Of a stretch of 248,000 bases of DNA, positions 219,561 through 231,270 are shown in pieces. How positions within the stretch are numbered: position 1 is the stretch's first letter; every line of letters begins with the position of its first letter. Where the stretch lies: the NCBI RefSeq assembly GCF_000737315.1, contig NZ_JMCB01000008.1, forward strand, positions 20,001 to 268,000, written 5' to 3'. The position numbers and the translations under genes were made by a program. Below the pieces are notes generated by a model, which had not been told where the DNA came from, searched no databases, and worked only from the letters and a program-made list of their open reading frames with translations. This DNA comes from Hyalangium minutum. Lineage in GTDB: Bacteria > Myxococcota > Myxococcia > Myxococcales > Myxococcaceae.

Positions 219561-221159
219561 ATGAATTTCAGCTTCGTCCCGGGCGACGCCCTGCGGGCAG
219601 GCGGCGCCCTGCTCGTCATCCCCCTGCTTGATGGCGACCTCGGAGACACCGCTTCCACTGCCCTCACTGCCGCGGACAAGGCCCTGGAAGGCAAGCTGCG
219701 CGCAGCCGCCACCCAGGAGGGCTTCAAGGGCAAGGCGGAGCAGTCCCTGGTGCTGAACACCCTGGGCACGCTCGCCGCCGAGCGCGTCCTGCTGCTGGGC
219801 CTGGGCTCGCGAGGCAAGTTCACCCACGAGGTGCTCCGTCAGGCCGCCGGGCGCGCCGCCAAGACGGCCCAGAAGCTCAAGGTCCAGGAGCTGACCTTCG
219901 TTGTCCCAGAGGCCCTCGCCGCCCCCGAGGCCGTGCGCGCCATCGCCGAGGGCCTGCTGCTGGGCGTCTACAAGTTCGACCGCTACAAGACGGGCGGCCC
220001 CAAGGAGGAGAAGAAGGCTCCGGGGCTCGGCACGGTGAAGCTCGTGGTGTCCGGGGACGGCAAGAGCCCGGAGCTCCAGGCCGCCGTGGAGCTGGGCCGC
220101 CGCGTCGCCGAGGCCACCAACTGGGCGCGGGATCTCGTCAACGAGCCCCCCAACGTGGTGGACCCGGACCGGCTCGCCCAGGCCGCCCAGGAGGTCGCCA
220201 AGGCCACTGGGATCAAGGCCACCATCGGCGGGCGCAAGGAGATCGAGCGCCTCAAGATGGGCATGTTCCTCGGCGTCGCCCAGGGCAGCGCCCACGAGCC
220301 CCGGCTGATCCACCTGGCCTACATCCCGAAGAACCCCAAGGACGCCAAGCGCGCGCCGCTGGCGCTGGTGGGCAAGGCCATCACCTTCGACTCGGGCGGA
220401 CTGTCGCTCAAGCCTGCCGATTCGATGATCGACATGAAGACGGACATGGCGGGCTCGGCGGCGGTGCTGGGCGCCATGCGCGTCATTGGCGAGCTCGCGC
220501 CGCCCTTCCCCGTGCACGCCTTCGTGGGCGCATGCGAGAACATGCCCTCGGGCACCGCCTACCGGCCGGGTGACATCCTCACCTCGCGCCTGGGCAAGAC
220601 GGTGGAGATCACCAACACGGACGCCGAGGGCCGCCTGGTGCTGGGTGACATCCTCACCTGGGCCGTGGAGCACAAGCCCGCCGCCATCGTGGACCTGGCC
220701 ACGCTCACGGGCGCGTGCGTCATCGCCCTGGGCAACTACATCGTCGGCGCGTTCGGCGACAACGATGGTGCCATGGAGGAAGTGCTGAAGGCCGCCAAGG
220801 CCGCCGGCGAGGAGTTCTGGCGCATGCCCGTCACCGAGCTGCAGAAGGACGCGCTGCGCTCCGAAGTGGCCGACATGAAGAACGCGGGCGAGCGCTGGGG
220901 CGGAGCCATCAACGCGGCCCTGTTCCTCAAGGAGTTCGTGGGCGACACGCCCTGGGTCCACCTGGACATTGCCGGCCCGTCCACCAGCCCCAAGGAGCGC
221001 GGCTACTTCAACAAGGGCGCCACGGGCGTCGGCCTGCGCACGCTGGTCGAACTCGTGCGCCAGCGCGCCGCCTCCCCTGAGAGCACGGAGAGCCCCGCTG
221101 AGAGCGCGGCCCCTGCTCCGAAGAGCCGCGCCAAGAAGGGCCGCTCGGCCCGTGCCTGA
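219561..221159 (+). CDS. pepA: Leucyl aminopeptidase
   Basis: GKAITFDSGG, MKTDM, NTDAEGRL. Confidence 0.93.
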   Translation: MNFSFVPGDALRAGGALLVIPLLDGDLGDTASTALTAADKALEGKLRAAATQEGFKGKAEQSLVLNTLGTLAAERVLLLGLGSRGKFTHEVLRQAAGRAAKTAQKLKVQELTFVVPEALAAPEAVRAIAEGLLLGVYKFDRYKTGGPKEEKKAPGLGTVKLVVSGDGKSPELQAAVELGRRVAEATNWARDLVNEPPNVVDPDRLAQAAQEVAKATGIKATIGGRKEIERLKMGMFLGVAQGSAHEPRLIHLAYIPKNPKDAKRAPLALVGKAITFDSGGLSLKPADSMIDMKTDMAGSAAVLGAMRVIGELAPPFPVHAFVGACENMPSGTAYRPGDILTSRLGKTVEITNTDAEGRLVLGDILTWAVEHKPAAIVDLATLTGACVIALGNYIVGAFGDNDGAMEEVLKAAKAAGEEFWRMPVTELQKDALRSEVADMKNAGERWGGAINAALFLKEFVGDTPWVHLDIAGPSTSPKERGYFNKGATGVGLRTLVELVRQRAASPESTESPAESAAPAPKSRAKKGRSARA

Positions 221160-221173
221160 GCCGTATGCCCGGG

Positions 221174-221770
221174 CTAGCCTGGCTCGGGCAGCGGGTGCAC
221201 CGCGCCGAAGAGGGCCTCCACGCTCCGGTTCACATCCTCCGGAGCCGTCTCCGGCCAGGTGGCCAGGAACATGAACACCCGGCCGGGGCTGCCCTCCGTC
221301 ACCGCCACCCGGCCGCGCACCCCACCCTCCACCGTGAAGTTGAAGCCCACCGCGCTGTCGGACAGCGGCAGCGGCTCCGGATCCGAGGCGACGAAGCCGG
221401 GCTGCTCCTTCAGTCCCTCGCTGAGCCGCTCGGCGAACTGCGTGGGCGTGGCCACGGCGGGCGCCACCTGCAGCACCACCTGCGCGCCCGTGGTCCGGTG
221501 CTTCAGGACAACGGGGATGGCCATGCCCTCGGGAGCGTTCTGCTCCTCCGTCTCGTCGAGCTGCCACTCCGCCGTGGGCCGGACAATCTCGAAGCCCAGA
221601 TCCTCATCCACGTAGCGTCGCGTCGAGGACGGATACTCCTCGGCCAGCACCGCCTGGGCGCCCGGTGGCGTCTCCTGGGCCGCCTGCGGCCTCACCGCCG
221701 AGGACCGCGACGCCCCACACGCCGTGCACAGCACCACCGACACCACCCCCAGCCACCCCATCCGCCGCAT
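221174..221770 (-). CDS. Hypothetical lipoprotein
   Basis: CTAC lipobox. Confidence 0.55.
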   Translation of the reverse strand: MRRMGWLGVVSVVLCTACGASRSSAVRPQAAQETPPGAQAVLAEEYPSSTRRYVDEDLGFEIVRPTAEWQLDETEEQNAPEGMAIPVVLKHRTTGAQVVLQVAPAVATPTQFAERLSEGLKEQPGFVASDPEPLPLSDSAVGFNFTVEGGVRGRVAVTEGSPGRVFMFLATWPETAPEDVNRSVEALFGAVHPLPEPG

Positions 221771-221863
221771 GTCACCACCCCCACCCACCCCAAGCCCTGA
221801 TCGCAAACGTGGGTACGGCTCCCACGCGTGACCAGGGGGGTAAGGGATGAGGAGGAGCAGCTG

Positions 221864-222589
221864 TCAGGCGGAGGAAACTTCCTCGGCGATCGCGCGCGCG
221901 GCGGCCACGGGATCTGCCGCGGTGTGGACAGGTCGTCCCACCACCAGCAGATCCGCGCCCGCACGAATCGCAAAGGCGGGCGTCTCCGCGCGGGCCTGAT
222001 CTCCCTTCTCCGCGCCCGCGGGACGAATGCCCGGCGTGCACAGGAAGGGCGAGGGCCCCAGCAAGCGCCTGAGACCCTCGGCTTCGCGCGGCGAGCACAC
222101 CAGGCCATCCACGCCCGCCTTCACGGCCAGCTGCGCCAGCCGCTGCGCCGCCGCCTCGGGCGTTCCGGTGAACCCGATGGACGTCACATCCTCGGCCGAC
222201 AGCGACGTCAGCACCGTCACCGCGAGCACCTTGGGTGCCGCGTGGCCCTGCGCCTTGGCACCCTCGCGAGCCCCCTTCACGGCGGCCTTCAGCATGGCCT
222301 CGCCCCCAGCGGCGTGGACGGTGAGCAGCGCGACTCCCAGCGCTCCGGCGCGAGCCGCCGCCAGCTCCACGGTGTTGGGGATGTCATGCAGCTTCAAGTC
222401 CAGGAACACCCGCGCACCGAGCTTCTGGAACGCGGCCACCGCCGCAGGCCCGTGCTCCACGAAGAGCGAGAGCCCCACCTTGGCGTAGCCCACGTGCGGA
222501 GCCACCGTCGAGTACAGCGCGAGCCCCTGCTCCAGCGGCAGGTCCGCGGCGAGGGCGAGCCGCTCGCGCGCGGCCACGGCCTGGCTCAC
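221864..222589 (-). CDS. pyrF: Orotidine 5'-phosphate decarboxylase
   Basis: [20 protein letters not shown]. Confidence 0.95.
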   Translation of the reverse strand: MSQAVAARERLALAADLPLEQGLALYSTVAPHVGYAKVGLSLFVEHGPAAVAAFQKLGARVFLDLKLHDIPNTVELAAARAGALGVALLTVHAAGGEAMLKAAVKGAREGAKAQGHAAPKVLAVTVLTSLSAEDVTSIGFTGTPEAAAQRLAQLAVKAGVDGLVCSPREAEGLRRLLGPSPFLCTPGIRPAGAEKGDQARAETPAFAIRAGADLLVVGRPVHTAADPVAAARAIAEEVSSA

Positions 222590-223830
222590 GTCAATCCCTC
222601 CTGGAGGGCGCGGTACGTCATCGACAGCTGCTCTGCCAGAGCCTGCGGCAGCACGTTCTGCGCGGAGAACAGCGCATAGGAGACGAACGCATCGAGCGCC
222701 TCCAGCGTGAGCGCGCGAGAGAGCGCCTCGCCGCCACCGGCCACGTTGCGGCGGATCTGATCCACGTCCACGCGTCCATCCGGGCCGAGCTTCACACCGG
222801 AGTACGCCTCCTCCAGCCCTGGAGGGGGCGACTGGAGGAAGCTCTGGAACATGCTCACGTCCCGCCCCATCTCCTCGATGGCGCGGTACACCAGCGCGAG
222901 CAGCAGGTTGTAGCGCTCCTCGGGGCCGAGCAGCTCCGAGCCCACCATCTCCAGGCTCGGCGTGGGGCGCACCGGCGCGGGGGGCACCACGGGCTCGATG
223001 ACGAGCGAGCCGCCGCGGATGCGCTCCTCCATCCAGGTGAGGAAGGCGTGGATGCTGCCTTCGTAAGCCGAGCGCAGATCCTTCAGCGAGATGCCCGGCT
223101 TGGCCTTGTTGGCCAGCGACTCCTCGCCGGTCGGGAATCCCTCGGGGCCCACGCGCACGCGCACGTCCTCGGGGAACTGGCGGCGCAGCCGCGTCGTCGC
223201 CTCGCCGCGCTTGATGCCCTGGATGACCAAGTCTCGCGTGCGCTCGGGCAGCTTGACGACGTCGCTCAGCGGCGCCTGCGCTTCGAGGAAGAGGAAGGAG
223301 CCCTCCATCATCTCGAAGAGGTTCAGCACCACCTCGCGCACCAGGTACGTCATGGCGTTGTAGAGGTTGGCCTCGGAGACGATGCCCTCGGTGGTGAGCA
223401 CCTGTCCGATGCGGCGCGTGGGCGTCACCTGGGCAACGGCCAGCGTGAGCTGGTCCGAGGTGATGAGCCCCAACTGCACCAGCACCGCGCCCAGCCGCTC
223501 ATAGCGCTCGGTGGAGGTGGCGAACACCACCTGCCCATCCCGGAACGTCACCGTGCGGCGCAGCTGGTTGTGCTGGACAATCAGCTGCCCGCTGCGGATG
223601 CCGGACAAGACGTAGGAGAAGACATCCTCCATGAAGAGAGAGCCGAGGTTGCCGGCGAAGAAGCCGATCAGATCCGGCGGCTCTCTCAGGAGGATCATCC
223701 CCTCGGGCGAATGGAAGTGCGCCGAGAAGGGACGGGTGGGCGATAGGCCCATGGTGAGCGGCCGCTCGAGTTCGAGAGCCGCCGTCTCACCGGTGATGCG
223801 GGGAGTGGCTTTGGGACGTGGAGGTGCCAC
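222586..223830 (-). CDS. DUF4388 domain protein
   Basis: AGNL....DVF, F..G....A.S, RLG..L. Confidence 0.7.
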   Translation of the reverse strand: MAPPRPKATPRITGETAALELERPLTMGLSPTRPFSAHFHSPEGMILLREPPDLIGFFAGNLGSLFMEDVFSYVLSGIRSGQLIVQHNQLRRTVTFRDGQVVFATSTERYERLGAVLVQLGLITSDQLTLAVAQVTPTRRIGQVLTTEGIVSEANLYNAMTYLVREVVLNLFEMMEGSFLFLEAQAPLSDVVKLPERTRDLVIQGIKRGEATTRLRRQFPEDVRVRVGPEGFPTGEESLANKAKPGISLKDLRSAYEGSIHAFLTWMEERIRGGSLVIEPVVPPAPVRPTPSLEMVGSELLGPEERYNLLLALVYRAIEEMGRDVSMFQSFLQSPPPGLEEAYSGVKLGPDGRVDVDQIRRNVAGGGEALSRALTLEALDAFVSYALFSAQNVLPQALAEQLSMTYRALQEGLT

Positions 223831-223839
223831 GTGCCCAGT

Positions 223840-224928
223840 CTACTTCTTCTTGCTCAACTCCGCGTCGATGATGCTCTTGAATTCCTCGGCCGGCACCGCG
223901 CCCGACAGGACCACCCCGTTGATGAAGAAGGCTGGGGTGCCGCTGACCCCGGCCTTCTCACCGGCCGACATGTCCTTCTTCACGAGCTCGGCCTTCTTGC
224001 CGGAGTCCAGGCACTCGTTGAAGCGGGCGGTGTCCAGGCCCAGGTCCGCGGCGTGCTTCTTCAGGTCGTCCACCTTGAGGGCGCCCTGATTGGCGAACAG
224101 CTTGTCGTGGTACTCCCAGAACTTCTTCTGGTCATCGGCGCACGCGGCGGCCTCGGCGGCCTTCGGGGCGTCCTGGTGGAAGCTCAGCGGGAAGTGGCGG
224201 AACACCAGGCGCACCTTGTCGCCGTACTGCTTCACCACCTCGTCCACGGTGACCTTGGCGCGGCTGCAGAACGGGCACTGGAAGTCGCTGAACTCGACGA
224301 TCGTGATGGGGGCGTTGTCCGGGCCCTTGGCCGGGCCGGTGGCCTCCACCTGGATGCGCTTCTCCGGCAGGAGGACCTTCACGTCCGCCTTGGACTTCAG
224401 GTCATTGAACAGCGCCTGCGCCTTCTCGCGCTTGCCCTGCTCGCCCAGCATCTTGACGATCTCGGGCTTGACCTGCTCCAGCGTCACCTCTGCGGGCAGC
224501 TGGCCGGCGGCCTTGGCCTGGTCGTAGATCTTCTGGATCTCCGCGTCGCTCGGCTGGGCGGACTTGTCCTCCACCTCGGCCTTGAGCAGCGCGTCCTCGT
224601 TGGGCAGGCCGCGCTTCTTGGCCTCGGCCTGAACGAGCTTCTCGATGATGTAGCCATCCAGGCCGCGCTTGAGCAGGTCCTGCTTGCGCTTGTCGAGGTC
224701 CGCCAGCGGCGCGCCAATGCGGCCGGTCAGCTCGCCGTAGGTGACCTTCTGCTCGGCGCCGTCCACCTTGTAGGTGCCGACGACGGCGTCCGGGGCGAGC
224801 TCACACTGGCCGCCCGAGGCGGAAGCGGTGGCGGGGTTGGCCGCGGGAGACGTCTGCTTGTTGCAGCCGACGGCAAAGGAGGCCGCGAGCACCGCGGCCA
224901 GAAGAATACGGGAGGAGCGCTTGGACAT
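223840..224928 (-). CDS. DsbA-family thioredoxin lipoprotein
   Basis: FSDFQCPFC, RHFPL, GTP. Confidence 0.88.
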   Translation of the reverse strand: MSKRSSRILLAAVLAASFAVGCNKQTSPAANPATASASGGQCELAPDAVVGTYKVDGAEQKVTYGELTGRIGAPLADLDKRKQDLLKRGLDGYIIEKLVQAEAKKRGLPNEDALLKAEVEDKSAQPSDAEIQKIYDQAKAAGQLPAEVTLEQVKPEIVKMLGEQGKREKAQALFNDLKSKADVKVLLPEKRIQVEATGPAKGPDNAPITIVEFSDFQCPFCSRAKVTVDEVVKQYGDKVRLVFRHFPLSFHQDAPKAAEAAACADDQKKFWEYHDKLFANQGALKVDDLKKHAADLGLDTARFNECLDSGKKAELVKKDMSAGEKAGVSGTPAFFINGVVLSGAVPAEEFKSIIDAELSKKK

Positions 224929-224982
224929 GGGTCCGGCGTCTTAATCGAGGTCTCCCGTGCCTCGCAAAAGAAACTTCCGGCT

Positions 224983-225927
224983 TCAGGCGACCAGCGGCTC
225001 CAGATCCATGCCACCCGACAGCTCGGGCAAGCGCACTTCGGGCCGCTCTGTGTCCACCGGACGACCCTGCACCAGCTCGTAGCAGCTCGGATCGGACAGC
225101 ACTTTCTGCACCAGCTTGTGGTTGAGCGCGTGGCCCGTCTTGAAGACCTTCAGGTGGCCAATGACCGGGCGCCCGAACAGGGACACGTCGCCCACGGCGT
225201 CGAGAATCTTGTGCCGGACGAACTCATCCGGGAAGCGCAGCCCCTCGGGGTTGAGGATGGTGGACTCGTCCACGACGATGGCGTTGTCCAGCGAGCCACC
225301 GCGCGCCAGGCCGTGCTTCTTGAGCATCTCCACGTCCCGCAGGAAGCCGAAGGTGCGCGCGCGCGAAATCTCACCGGCGAAGCCCCGCTCGCTCACCTCC
225401 ACCTCGAAGGACTGGCAGGAGATCATCGGGTGCTTGAAGTCGATGGAGCAGCTGATCCGGAAGCGGCGGGCCGGAGACAGCGTGGCCTCCTTGTCACCCT
225501 CCACCACCGTGACGGGCTTGTTGATGACCAGGTAGAGGCGCTGCTCCTCCAGCTCGCGCACGCCCACGCTGGTGATCATCTGCACGAAGTGCTCGGCGCT
225601 GCCGTCCATGACGGGCACCTCGGGACCATCCAGCTCCACGCGCACGTTGTCGATGCCCAGCCCGGCCAGCGCCGACAGCAGGTGCTCCACCGTGCCCACC
225701 TTCACCCCGTCCTTACCCAAGGTGGTGGCCATGGAGGTGTCCACCACGTACTGCGAGAGGGCCGGGATGGCCACCTGGGCTGCTGTGTCCGTGCGGACGA
225801 AGACGATGCCGTGGTGGGCCGGAGCAGGCCACAGGGTGAGGTTTACCATCGCGCCAGAGTGGAGCCCCACCCCCTTGCAGGACACGGGCTCGGAGATGGT
225901 GCGCTGATGGTCGGGAAACACAGGCAT
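224983..225927 (-). CDS. lpxC: UDP-3-O-acyl-GlcNAc deacetylase
   Basis: G.GLHSG, TVEHLL, ARTFGF, HKILD. Confidence 0.95.
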   Translation of the reverse strand: MPVFPDHQRTISEPVSCKGVGLHSGAMVNLTLWPAPAHHGIVFVRTDTAAQVAIPALSQYVVDTSMATTLGKDGVKVGTVEHLLSALAGLGIDNVRVELDGPEVPVMDGSAEHFVQMITSVGVRELEEQRLYLVINKPVTVVEGDKEATLSPARRFRISCSIDFKHPMISCQSFEVEVSERGFAGEISRARTFGFLRDVEMLKKHGLARGGSLDNAIVVDESTILNPEGLRFPDEFVRHKILDAVGDVSLFGRPVIGHLKVFKTGHALNHKLVQKVLSDPSCYELVQGRPVDTERPEVRLPELSGGMDLEPLVA

Positions 225928-226324
225928 TGCCGTATCGCCTCTCTTACTGCTTCGGTCCGGCAGGTGTTGCCGAAGGGGCCCTCCGGATCAGGCCCGAATC
226001 GTTCACTTCTGGATCTGGGACAGCCCTCAGAGATGAGCAAACCCTATGCCACTGACTTGGAAACCTGTCCGGTCGGACGGACAGGCCCACTGCCTGATAT
226101 CCCTTTGAAATGACTGGGCTTTTTTCCGGCACTGGCGTCAGGACCGCGCTCCTGTAGGGCTTTCCCCCCTCAATTGGCTGGGTCTCTTCGACATCACCGT
226201 GACATCTGTGTCCGAGATCCATCACAAACTGGCGGGTCCATAACGCAGGCAACCGCCCGGAAGCAAACACTCCTCAGGCAGAGGCCTCAGCGAGGGCCGA
226301 CCCTGTAAAATCAGCAGTGGGAGC

Positions 226325-227809
226325 TCAACGGTGCGCAGGCGCCAAGAAGCGGTCCCGGAGGGCCTCGGCTTCTTTGCGGTCAAACGTTCGCCCCTGGAGA
226401 AGCACCCGGCGGCTCACGGAGGTGAAGGTGCTCTCCAGCGTGGGCGTGAAGAGGCGCAAGTCTTCAGCCAGCCGGTGGCGGATGCCGGGGCCCTCGGGCG
226501 GCCAGGGCAGCTCCAGCAGGAGCCCGGTAAAGCGATCGAAGGGCTCGTAGTCCGAGTAGCGGAGCAGCTGGTAGCTCCCGTCCTGGAAGTAGCTCAGGAA
226601 GGACTTGAGGGATGACAGGGCGGCCTCCGCGGCCGGCACGTCCTCCGAGTGCATGGCCGTCTCCGTGGCCCGGCACAGCTGGCCGAAGACCCACAGGTCC
226701 TTGCGCAGCCGCTGGGCCATGGCCTCCTGGGAGACGAGCTGGGCGAAGGTGTCCTCTGCGGTGGCGGCGCCCGGCGCGAGCGCCTCCACGAGCGCGACAA
226801 TCTGAGCGCGGAAGAGCGCGGTGAAGGCGGCGGCGGCCTTCATGGAGGGGCCCGTCTCGGCGTCCTCCTGCGCGGGGAGCACCTCGCGGGCGATGCGGTT
226901 GGTCTCCTTGGCGATGTCGCGGGCGGCGCGCAGGCCGGCGGCCTTGAGGCGCTTGGGGCCTACCTGCATGGCCAGCTCGTGGCGGAGGTAACCCACCAGG
227001 CTCACCGCCTCACTGCGCACCAGCGCGAGCACCACGCGCACGCGCCGGGGCGGGGCCTCGTCTCCCTCCTGAGCCACATAGGAGAGGTAGTGGAGCAGCC
227101 GGAACAGCGCGAGGAAGGCGGTGGAGAAGCCGGGGCGGACGTCCGCGGGCTGGCTGGCGAGCAGGTCCAACACCCGCACCGAGCGCAGCCGGTCGTACTC
227201 GATGCGGAACTCCAGCGACCGGAAGGGGCGGAAGTAGCGGTTGAGGACGATCTCCCGCAGGGCCAGGTTGCCCACGTCCGTGAAGAGGTTGAGGCTGCAC
227301 ACGGGCAGCTTGAGCAGGTGATCGATCAGGTTGCGCAGGGCCTCGAAGGCCTCGCGCAGCACGAAGAGGCTCTCCTGGGGCGTCTCCTGGACGAGCTCTT
227401 CCTCGATGAAGGCGCTGCGGACCCGGTCATCGGCCAGCTGGCTCTCCACGTACTTGCGGAAGACGCGCTTGGAGTCCGAGTCCGGATCCAACAGCCGGCG
227501 GCCGATGCGGATGGCGCGGTGGATGGCGTCGCGGACGTCCTCGAGCTCCTCGTGGAAGTCCCGGGTGACGAGGGGGCGCTCGTGGGCATCCACCACCGAG
227601 TTGTGCAGGTGGAAGTAGCGCTCCACCCCGCGCAGGAGCATCTCGAACTCGAAGAGCTGCTCCTCGCGGCCCTCGATGGTGACACTGCGCAGCCAGCGCT
227701 CGCGCTCGGCGAGCATGATGGCCCGCGAGCCTTGGGTGGTGCTCATCAGGTCCGCGTAGAAGTCGCGGGCGGCCGTCGAGGCATCTCCCTGGGCGCGTGC
227801 CTGGCTCAT
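226325..227809 (-). CDS. Conserved hypothetical helical protein
   Basis: Long ORF with typical codon usage. Confidence 0.6.
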   Translation of the reverse strand: MSQARAQGDASTAARDFYADLMSTTQGSRAIMLAERERWLRSVTIEGREEQLFEFEMLLRGVERYFHLHNSVVDAHERPLVTRDFHEELEDVRDAIHRAIRIGRRLLDPDSDSKRVFRKYVESQLADDRVRSAFIEEELVQETPQESLFVLREAFEALRNLIDHLLKLPVCSLNLFTDVGNLALREIVLNRYFRPFRSLEFRIEYDRLRSVRVLDLLASQPADVRPGFSTAFLALFRLLHYLSYVAQEGDEAPPRRVRVVLALVRSEAVSLVGYLRHELAMQVGPKRLKAAGLRAARDIAKETNRIAREVLPAQEDAETGPSMKAAAAFTALFRAQIVALVEALAPGAATAEDTFAQLVSQEAMAQRLRKDLWVFGQLCRATETAMHSEDVPAAEAALSSLKSFLSYFQDGSYQLLRYSDYEPFDRFTGLLLELPWPPEGPGIRHRLAEDLRLFTPTLESTFTSVSRRVLLQGRTFDRKEAEALRDRFLAPAHR

Positions 227810-227823
227810 CGGCGGAGTTCCTA

Positions 227824-228858
227824 TCAGAAGAGGGCGCCCTGGGGTGAAGCGGGCGGCGGCGTCTTCTTGAAATAGCTGTAGGCCCGATGCGTCGCCGTCC
227901 GGCCCCGAGGGGTGCGCTGGAGGAAACCTTCTTGGAGCAGAAAGGGCTCGTACACGTCCTCGATGGTGTCTCGCTGCTCGCCCACACTGGCAGCGATGGT
228001 CTCCACCCCCACCGGCCCCCCACCGAACTTCTCGATGATGGTGAGCAGAATCTTCCGGTCCATGGAGTCCAGGCCGCTGGCGTCCACGCCGAGCCTGTCG
228101 AGCGAGGACCGGGCCAGCTCCAGGGAGATGGTGCCCTCGCCCTCGACCTGGGCGAAGTCGCGCAGGCGGCGCAACAGCCGGTTGGCGATGCGCGGGGTGC
228201 CTCGGGAGCGGGTGGAGATCTCCTTGCTGGCGTCCTTGTCCATCGGGATGCCGAGGATGCGCGCCGAGCGGTTGAGGATGAGCTCCAGGTGCTTGGGCTC
228301 GTAGTACTCGAGGCGCTCCTGAATCTGGAAGCGGTCGCGGAGCGGCGAGGTGAGCAGGCCCGTGCGGGTGGTGGCGCCGATGAGGGTGAAGGGCGGCAGG
228401 TCGATCTTCATCGCGCGGGCGGCGGGGCCCGTGTCGATGGTGATGTCCAGCCGGAAGTCCTCCATGGCCGGGTAGAGGTACTCCTCGATGGCGGCGTTGA
228501 GGCGGTGGATCTCGTCGATGAAGAGGACGTCGCGCTCGTTGAGGTTGGTGAGCAACCCGGCCAGGTCGCCCTTGCGCTCCAGGGCGGGGCCGCTGGTGAC
228601 GTGGATGCCCACGCCGAGCTCGGAGGCAATGATGTGGGCCAGCGACGTCTTGCCCAGGCCCGGGGGCCCGGAGAACAGACAGTGGTCGAGCGCGTCGCCG
228701 CGGCTGCTGGCCGCGAGCACGTAGACTTTGAGCTTCTCGAGGACCTGGGACTGGCCCACGTACTCGTCGAAGGTGCGCGGCCGGAGCGAGACTTCCAGGC
228801 GGACATCGTCCCCCTGGACTTCCCCGGACAGCGTCTCGGACTTGCGCTTCGTAGCCAT
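227824..228858 (-). CDS. ruvB: Holliday junction helicase RuvB
   Basis: [21 protein letters not shown]. Confidence 0.97.
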   Translation of the reverse strand: MATKRKSETLSGEVQGDDVRLEVSLRPRTFDEYVGQSQVLEKLKVYVLAASSRGDALDHCLFSGPPGLGKTSLAHIIASELGVGIHVTSGPALERKGDLAGLLTNLNERDVLFIDEIHRLNAAIEEYLYPAMEDFRLDITIDTGPAARAMKIDLPPFTLIGATTRTGLLTSPLRDRFQIQERLEYYEPKHLELILNRSARILGIPMDKDASKEISTRSRGTPRIANRLLRRLRDFAQVEGEGTISLELARSSLDRLGVDASGLDSMDRKILLTIIEKFGGGPVGVETIAASVGEQRDTIEDVYEPFLLQEGFLQRTPRGRTATHRAYSYFKKTPPPASPQGALF

Positions 228859-228961
228859 GGCGGTGTTCACCCTACCAAGAACGGCGTGTGTGTCGCGGTC
228901 CATCTCCTGGCGGCGCTAGACTCGCGCGCCTTGATGGCCGGTGGGCCAGGGGGCGCGCAAA

Positions 228962-230200
228962 GTGAAGGGTCTCGTCTTCGATCTCTCCATCCCCAAGTAC
229001 GTGCTCGCCAAGGGGATCGGCGGGCTGTACCCGAAGATTCACTACGGACCGGGGAGCTGCCTGTCCCTGAGAGAGCTGCCCTCCCCCACTCCGCCCGGCC
229101 CCGAGTGGGTCCGGCTGAAGCCGCTGCTGGCCGGGCTGTGCGGCTCGGACATGGCCACGTTCTTCTTCAAGGCCAGTCCGCAGTTGGAGCCCTTCAATAG
229201 CTTCCCGGCGGTGCTGGGGCACGAGATCCTCGCCGAGGTGGCGGCGGTGGGCCCGGAGACACGGGGAGTCACAGTGGGGCAGCGCGTGGCGGTGAACCCG
229301 CTGCTGCCGTGCCGGCTGCGAGGCATCCAGCCGCCGTGCAAGCCATGCGCGTCGGGGCAGGAGAACGGGTGCGAGCACACGGCCGAGGGCTGCCTGGCGG
229401 CCGGGCAAATGCTCGGCTACCAGAAGGATCTGCCGGGGGGCATGGGCACGGAGATGGTGGCGCACCCGTCGCAGCTCCACGCCGTGCCGGATCGGGTGTC
229501 GAACAAGGCGGGCGTGTTGGTGGAGCCGCTGGCGGTGAGTCTGCATGCGGTGCTCAAGGCGGGGCTCCGGGATGAGGACCGGGTGCTGGTGATTGGCGGT
229601 GGGCCCGTGGCCTTCGCGGCGCTGTGGGCCATCCGAGCACTGGGGCACCGGAGCCATGTGACGCTGCTGGCGACGGAGGAGTACCAGCTGAAGCTCGCCC
229701 GGCAGCTGGGGGCGGATGAGGCGCTGCGGGTGAAGGATGACGCGGGGGAGGCCGAGGAGGTGGCGCGGCTGACGGGGGCGAAGGTCTACAAGCCCGTGAT
229801 TGGACCGCCTGCGCTGTCAGGAGGCTTCGAGGTGACGATCGACTGCATCGGCAGCGCAGGATCGGTGCAGGACTCGTTGAGGTACACGCGGGCACTGGGG
229901 CGGGTGGTGCTGGTGGGGGCGGCGGGGATTTTGGAGCGGGTGGACTGGACCACTGTGTGGAGGAATGAACTGACGCTGCTCGGTTCGTACGTGTACGGGC
230001 CGGAAAGCTTCCGGGGCGAGCGCAAGCACACCTTCGATCTGGTACTGGAGCTGTTGGCCCGCCGGGAGGGACCGGACCCATCCGTGCTCGTGACACACAC
230101 CTTCCCGCTCTCGCGGTATCGAGAGGCCATCGAGGCAAACCTGGCGCGAGGGCGCTACCACTCTGTGAAGACGGCATTCGACCTGACGGTGACCGCATGA
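228962..230200 (+). CDS. Zinc-binding dehydrogenase
   Basis: CGSD, GHE, C..C..G.E..C, EP.A. Confidence 0.8.
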   Translation: MKGLVFDLSIPKYVLAKGIGGLYPKIHYGPGSCLSLRELPSPTPPGPEWVRLKPLLAGLCGSDMATFFFKASPQLEPFNSFPAVLGHEILAEVAAVGPETRGVTVGQRVAVNPLLPCRLRGIQPPCKPCASGQENGCEHTAEGCLAAGQMLGYQKDLPGGMGTEMVAHPSQLHAVPDRVSNKAGVLVEPLAVSLHAVLKAGLRDEDRVLVIGGGPVAFAALWAIRALGHRSHVTLLATEEYQLKLARQLGADEALRVKDDAGEAEEVARLTGAKVYKPVIGPPALSGGFEVTIDCIGSAGSVQDSLRYTRALGRVVLVGAAGILERVDWTTVWRNELTLLGSYVYGPESFRGERKHTFDLVLELLARREGPDPSVLVTHTFPLSRYREAIEANLARGRYHSVKTAFDLTVTA

Positions 230201-231270
230201 CTCCGAGCTTTCGTCCCCTTCCCTCCCTGACCGCGGCCCGTGCCGAGCAGGTGCCGGGACTCCGCCTCACGCAGCTCCGCCGCGCCGCGCAGGAGGCGCG
230301 CGAGGCGTTCGTCGCCGGTGGACCGGTGACGGCGGTAGCCACGTGCGATTTGATTACGTTCCCGTACCCGGCGCAGTTCGCATTCAGCGGGGCGGCGCTG
230401 TCTCCGGCGCCGTACGTGATGATGAAGAACCGGATGCAGGTGGTGCAGTTCCTGGAGGACGGGGAGCTGCGCACGCTGCTGTTCAACCCGAGCGACTACG
230501 AGCGCGGGATGGCGGCGCCGTTCTTCCGGGGCCTGCGCGAGAAGTACGGGCACTTCGTCTCGGACAAGGTGATGTCCACTCGGCACGGGACGGTGCAGAG
230601 CCACCTGGCGGCACTGGGGCTGAAGCCGGAGGACGTGGACTACATCGCGTTCGACCACCTGCACGTGCAGGACGTGCGCGGATGGCTGGGGGGCGAGGGC
230701 GCGTCGGCATACTTCCCTCGGGCGAAGCTGCTGGTGCAGCAGGCCGAGTGGCTGGGCGCGAAGAACCTGCACCCGATGCAGGCAGCCTGGTACGTGCCGA
230801 ACGGCACGGCGGGAGTGCCCGAAGAGCGGGTGGTGCTGCTGGACGGGGATGCGTGGCTGGGGCCGGGGGTGGCGATTCTTTCCACGCCAGGACACACGCT
230901 GGGGAACATGTCGCTGGCGGTGGCCACGGACCGCGATGTGTTCGTGGTGAGTGAGAACGGCGTGGCGACGGAGAGCTACACGCCGCTGCAGTCGGGGATT
231001 CCGGGAGTACGGACCTTCGCCGAGCACATGGGCATGGAGGTGGTGCTCAACGGCAACACGCGCGAGCACTCGCTGGACCAATACTCGTCAATGGTGGTGG
231101 AGAAGCTGTTCGCGGGGCCGTCTCCGGTGGACGGGGCCTACGTGAACTTCCACCCGTCCTCACTGCTCACGGGTTCCATGCTGGCCCCGGGGTTGTCACC
231201 CACGGTGGTGCTACCGGCGCCGAACTTCGGGGACGTGCGCCCGCCCGCTGCTGCGCGCCAGGCAGCCTGA
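230197..231270 (+). CDS. Metallo-beta-lactamase-fold protein
   Basis: DHLHVQD, TPGHT. Confidence 0.65.
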   Translation: MTPSFRPLPSLTAARAEQVPGLRLTQLRRAAQEAREAFVAGGPVTAVATCDLITFPYPAQFAFSGAALSPAPYVMMKNRMQVVQFLEDGELRTLLFNPSDYERGMAAPFFRGLREKYGHFVSDKVMSTRHGTVQSHLAALGLKPEDVDYIAFDHLHVQDVRGWLGGEGASAYFPRAKLLVQQAEWLGAKNLHPMQAAWYVPNGTAGVPEERVVLLDGDAWLGPGVAILSTPGHTLGNMSLAVATDRDVFVVSENGVATESYTPLQSGIPGVRTFAEHMGMEVVLNGNTREHSLDQYSSMVVEKLFAGPSPVDGAYVNFHPSSLLTGSMLAPGLSPTVVLPAPNFGDVRPPAAARQAA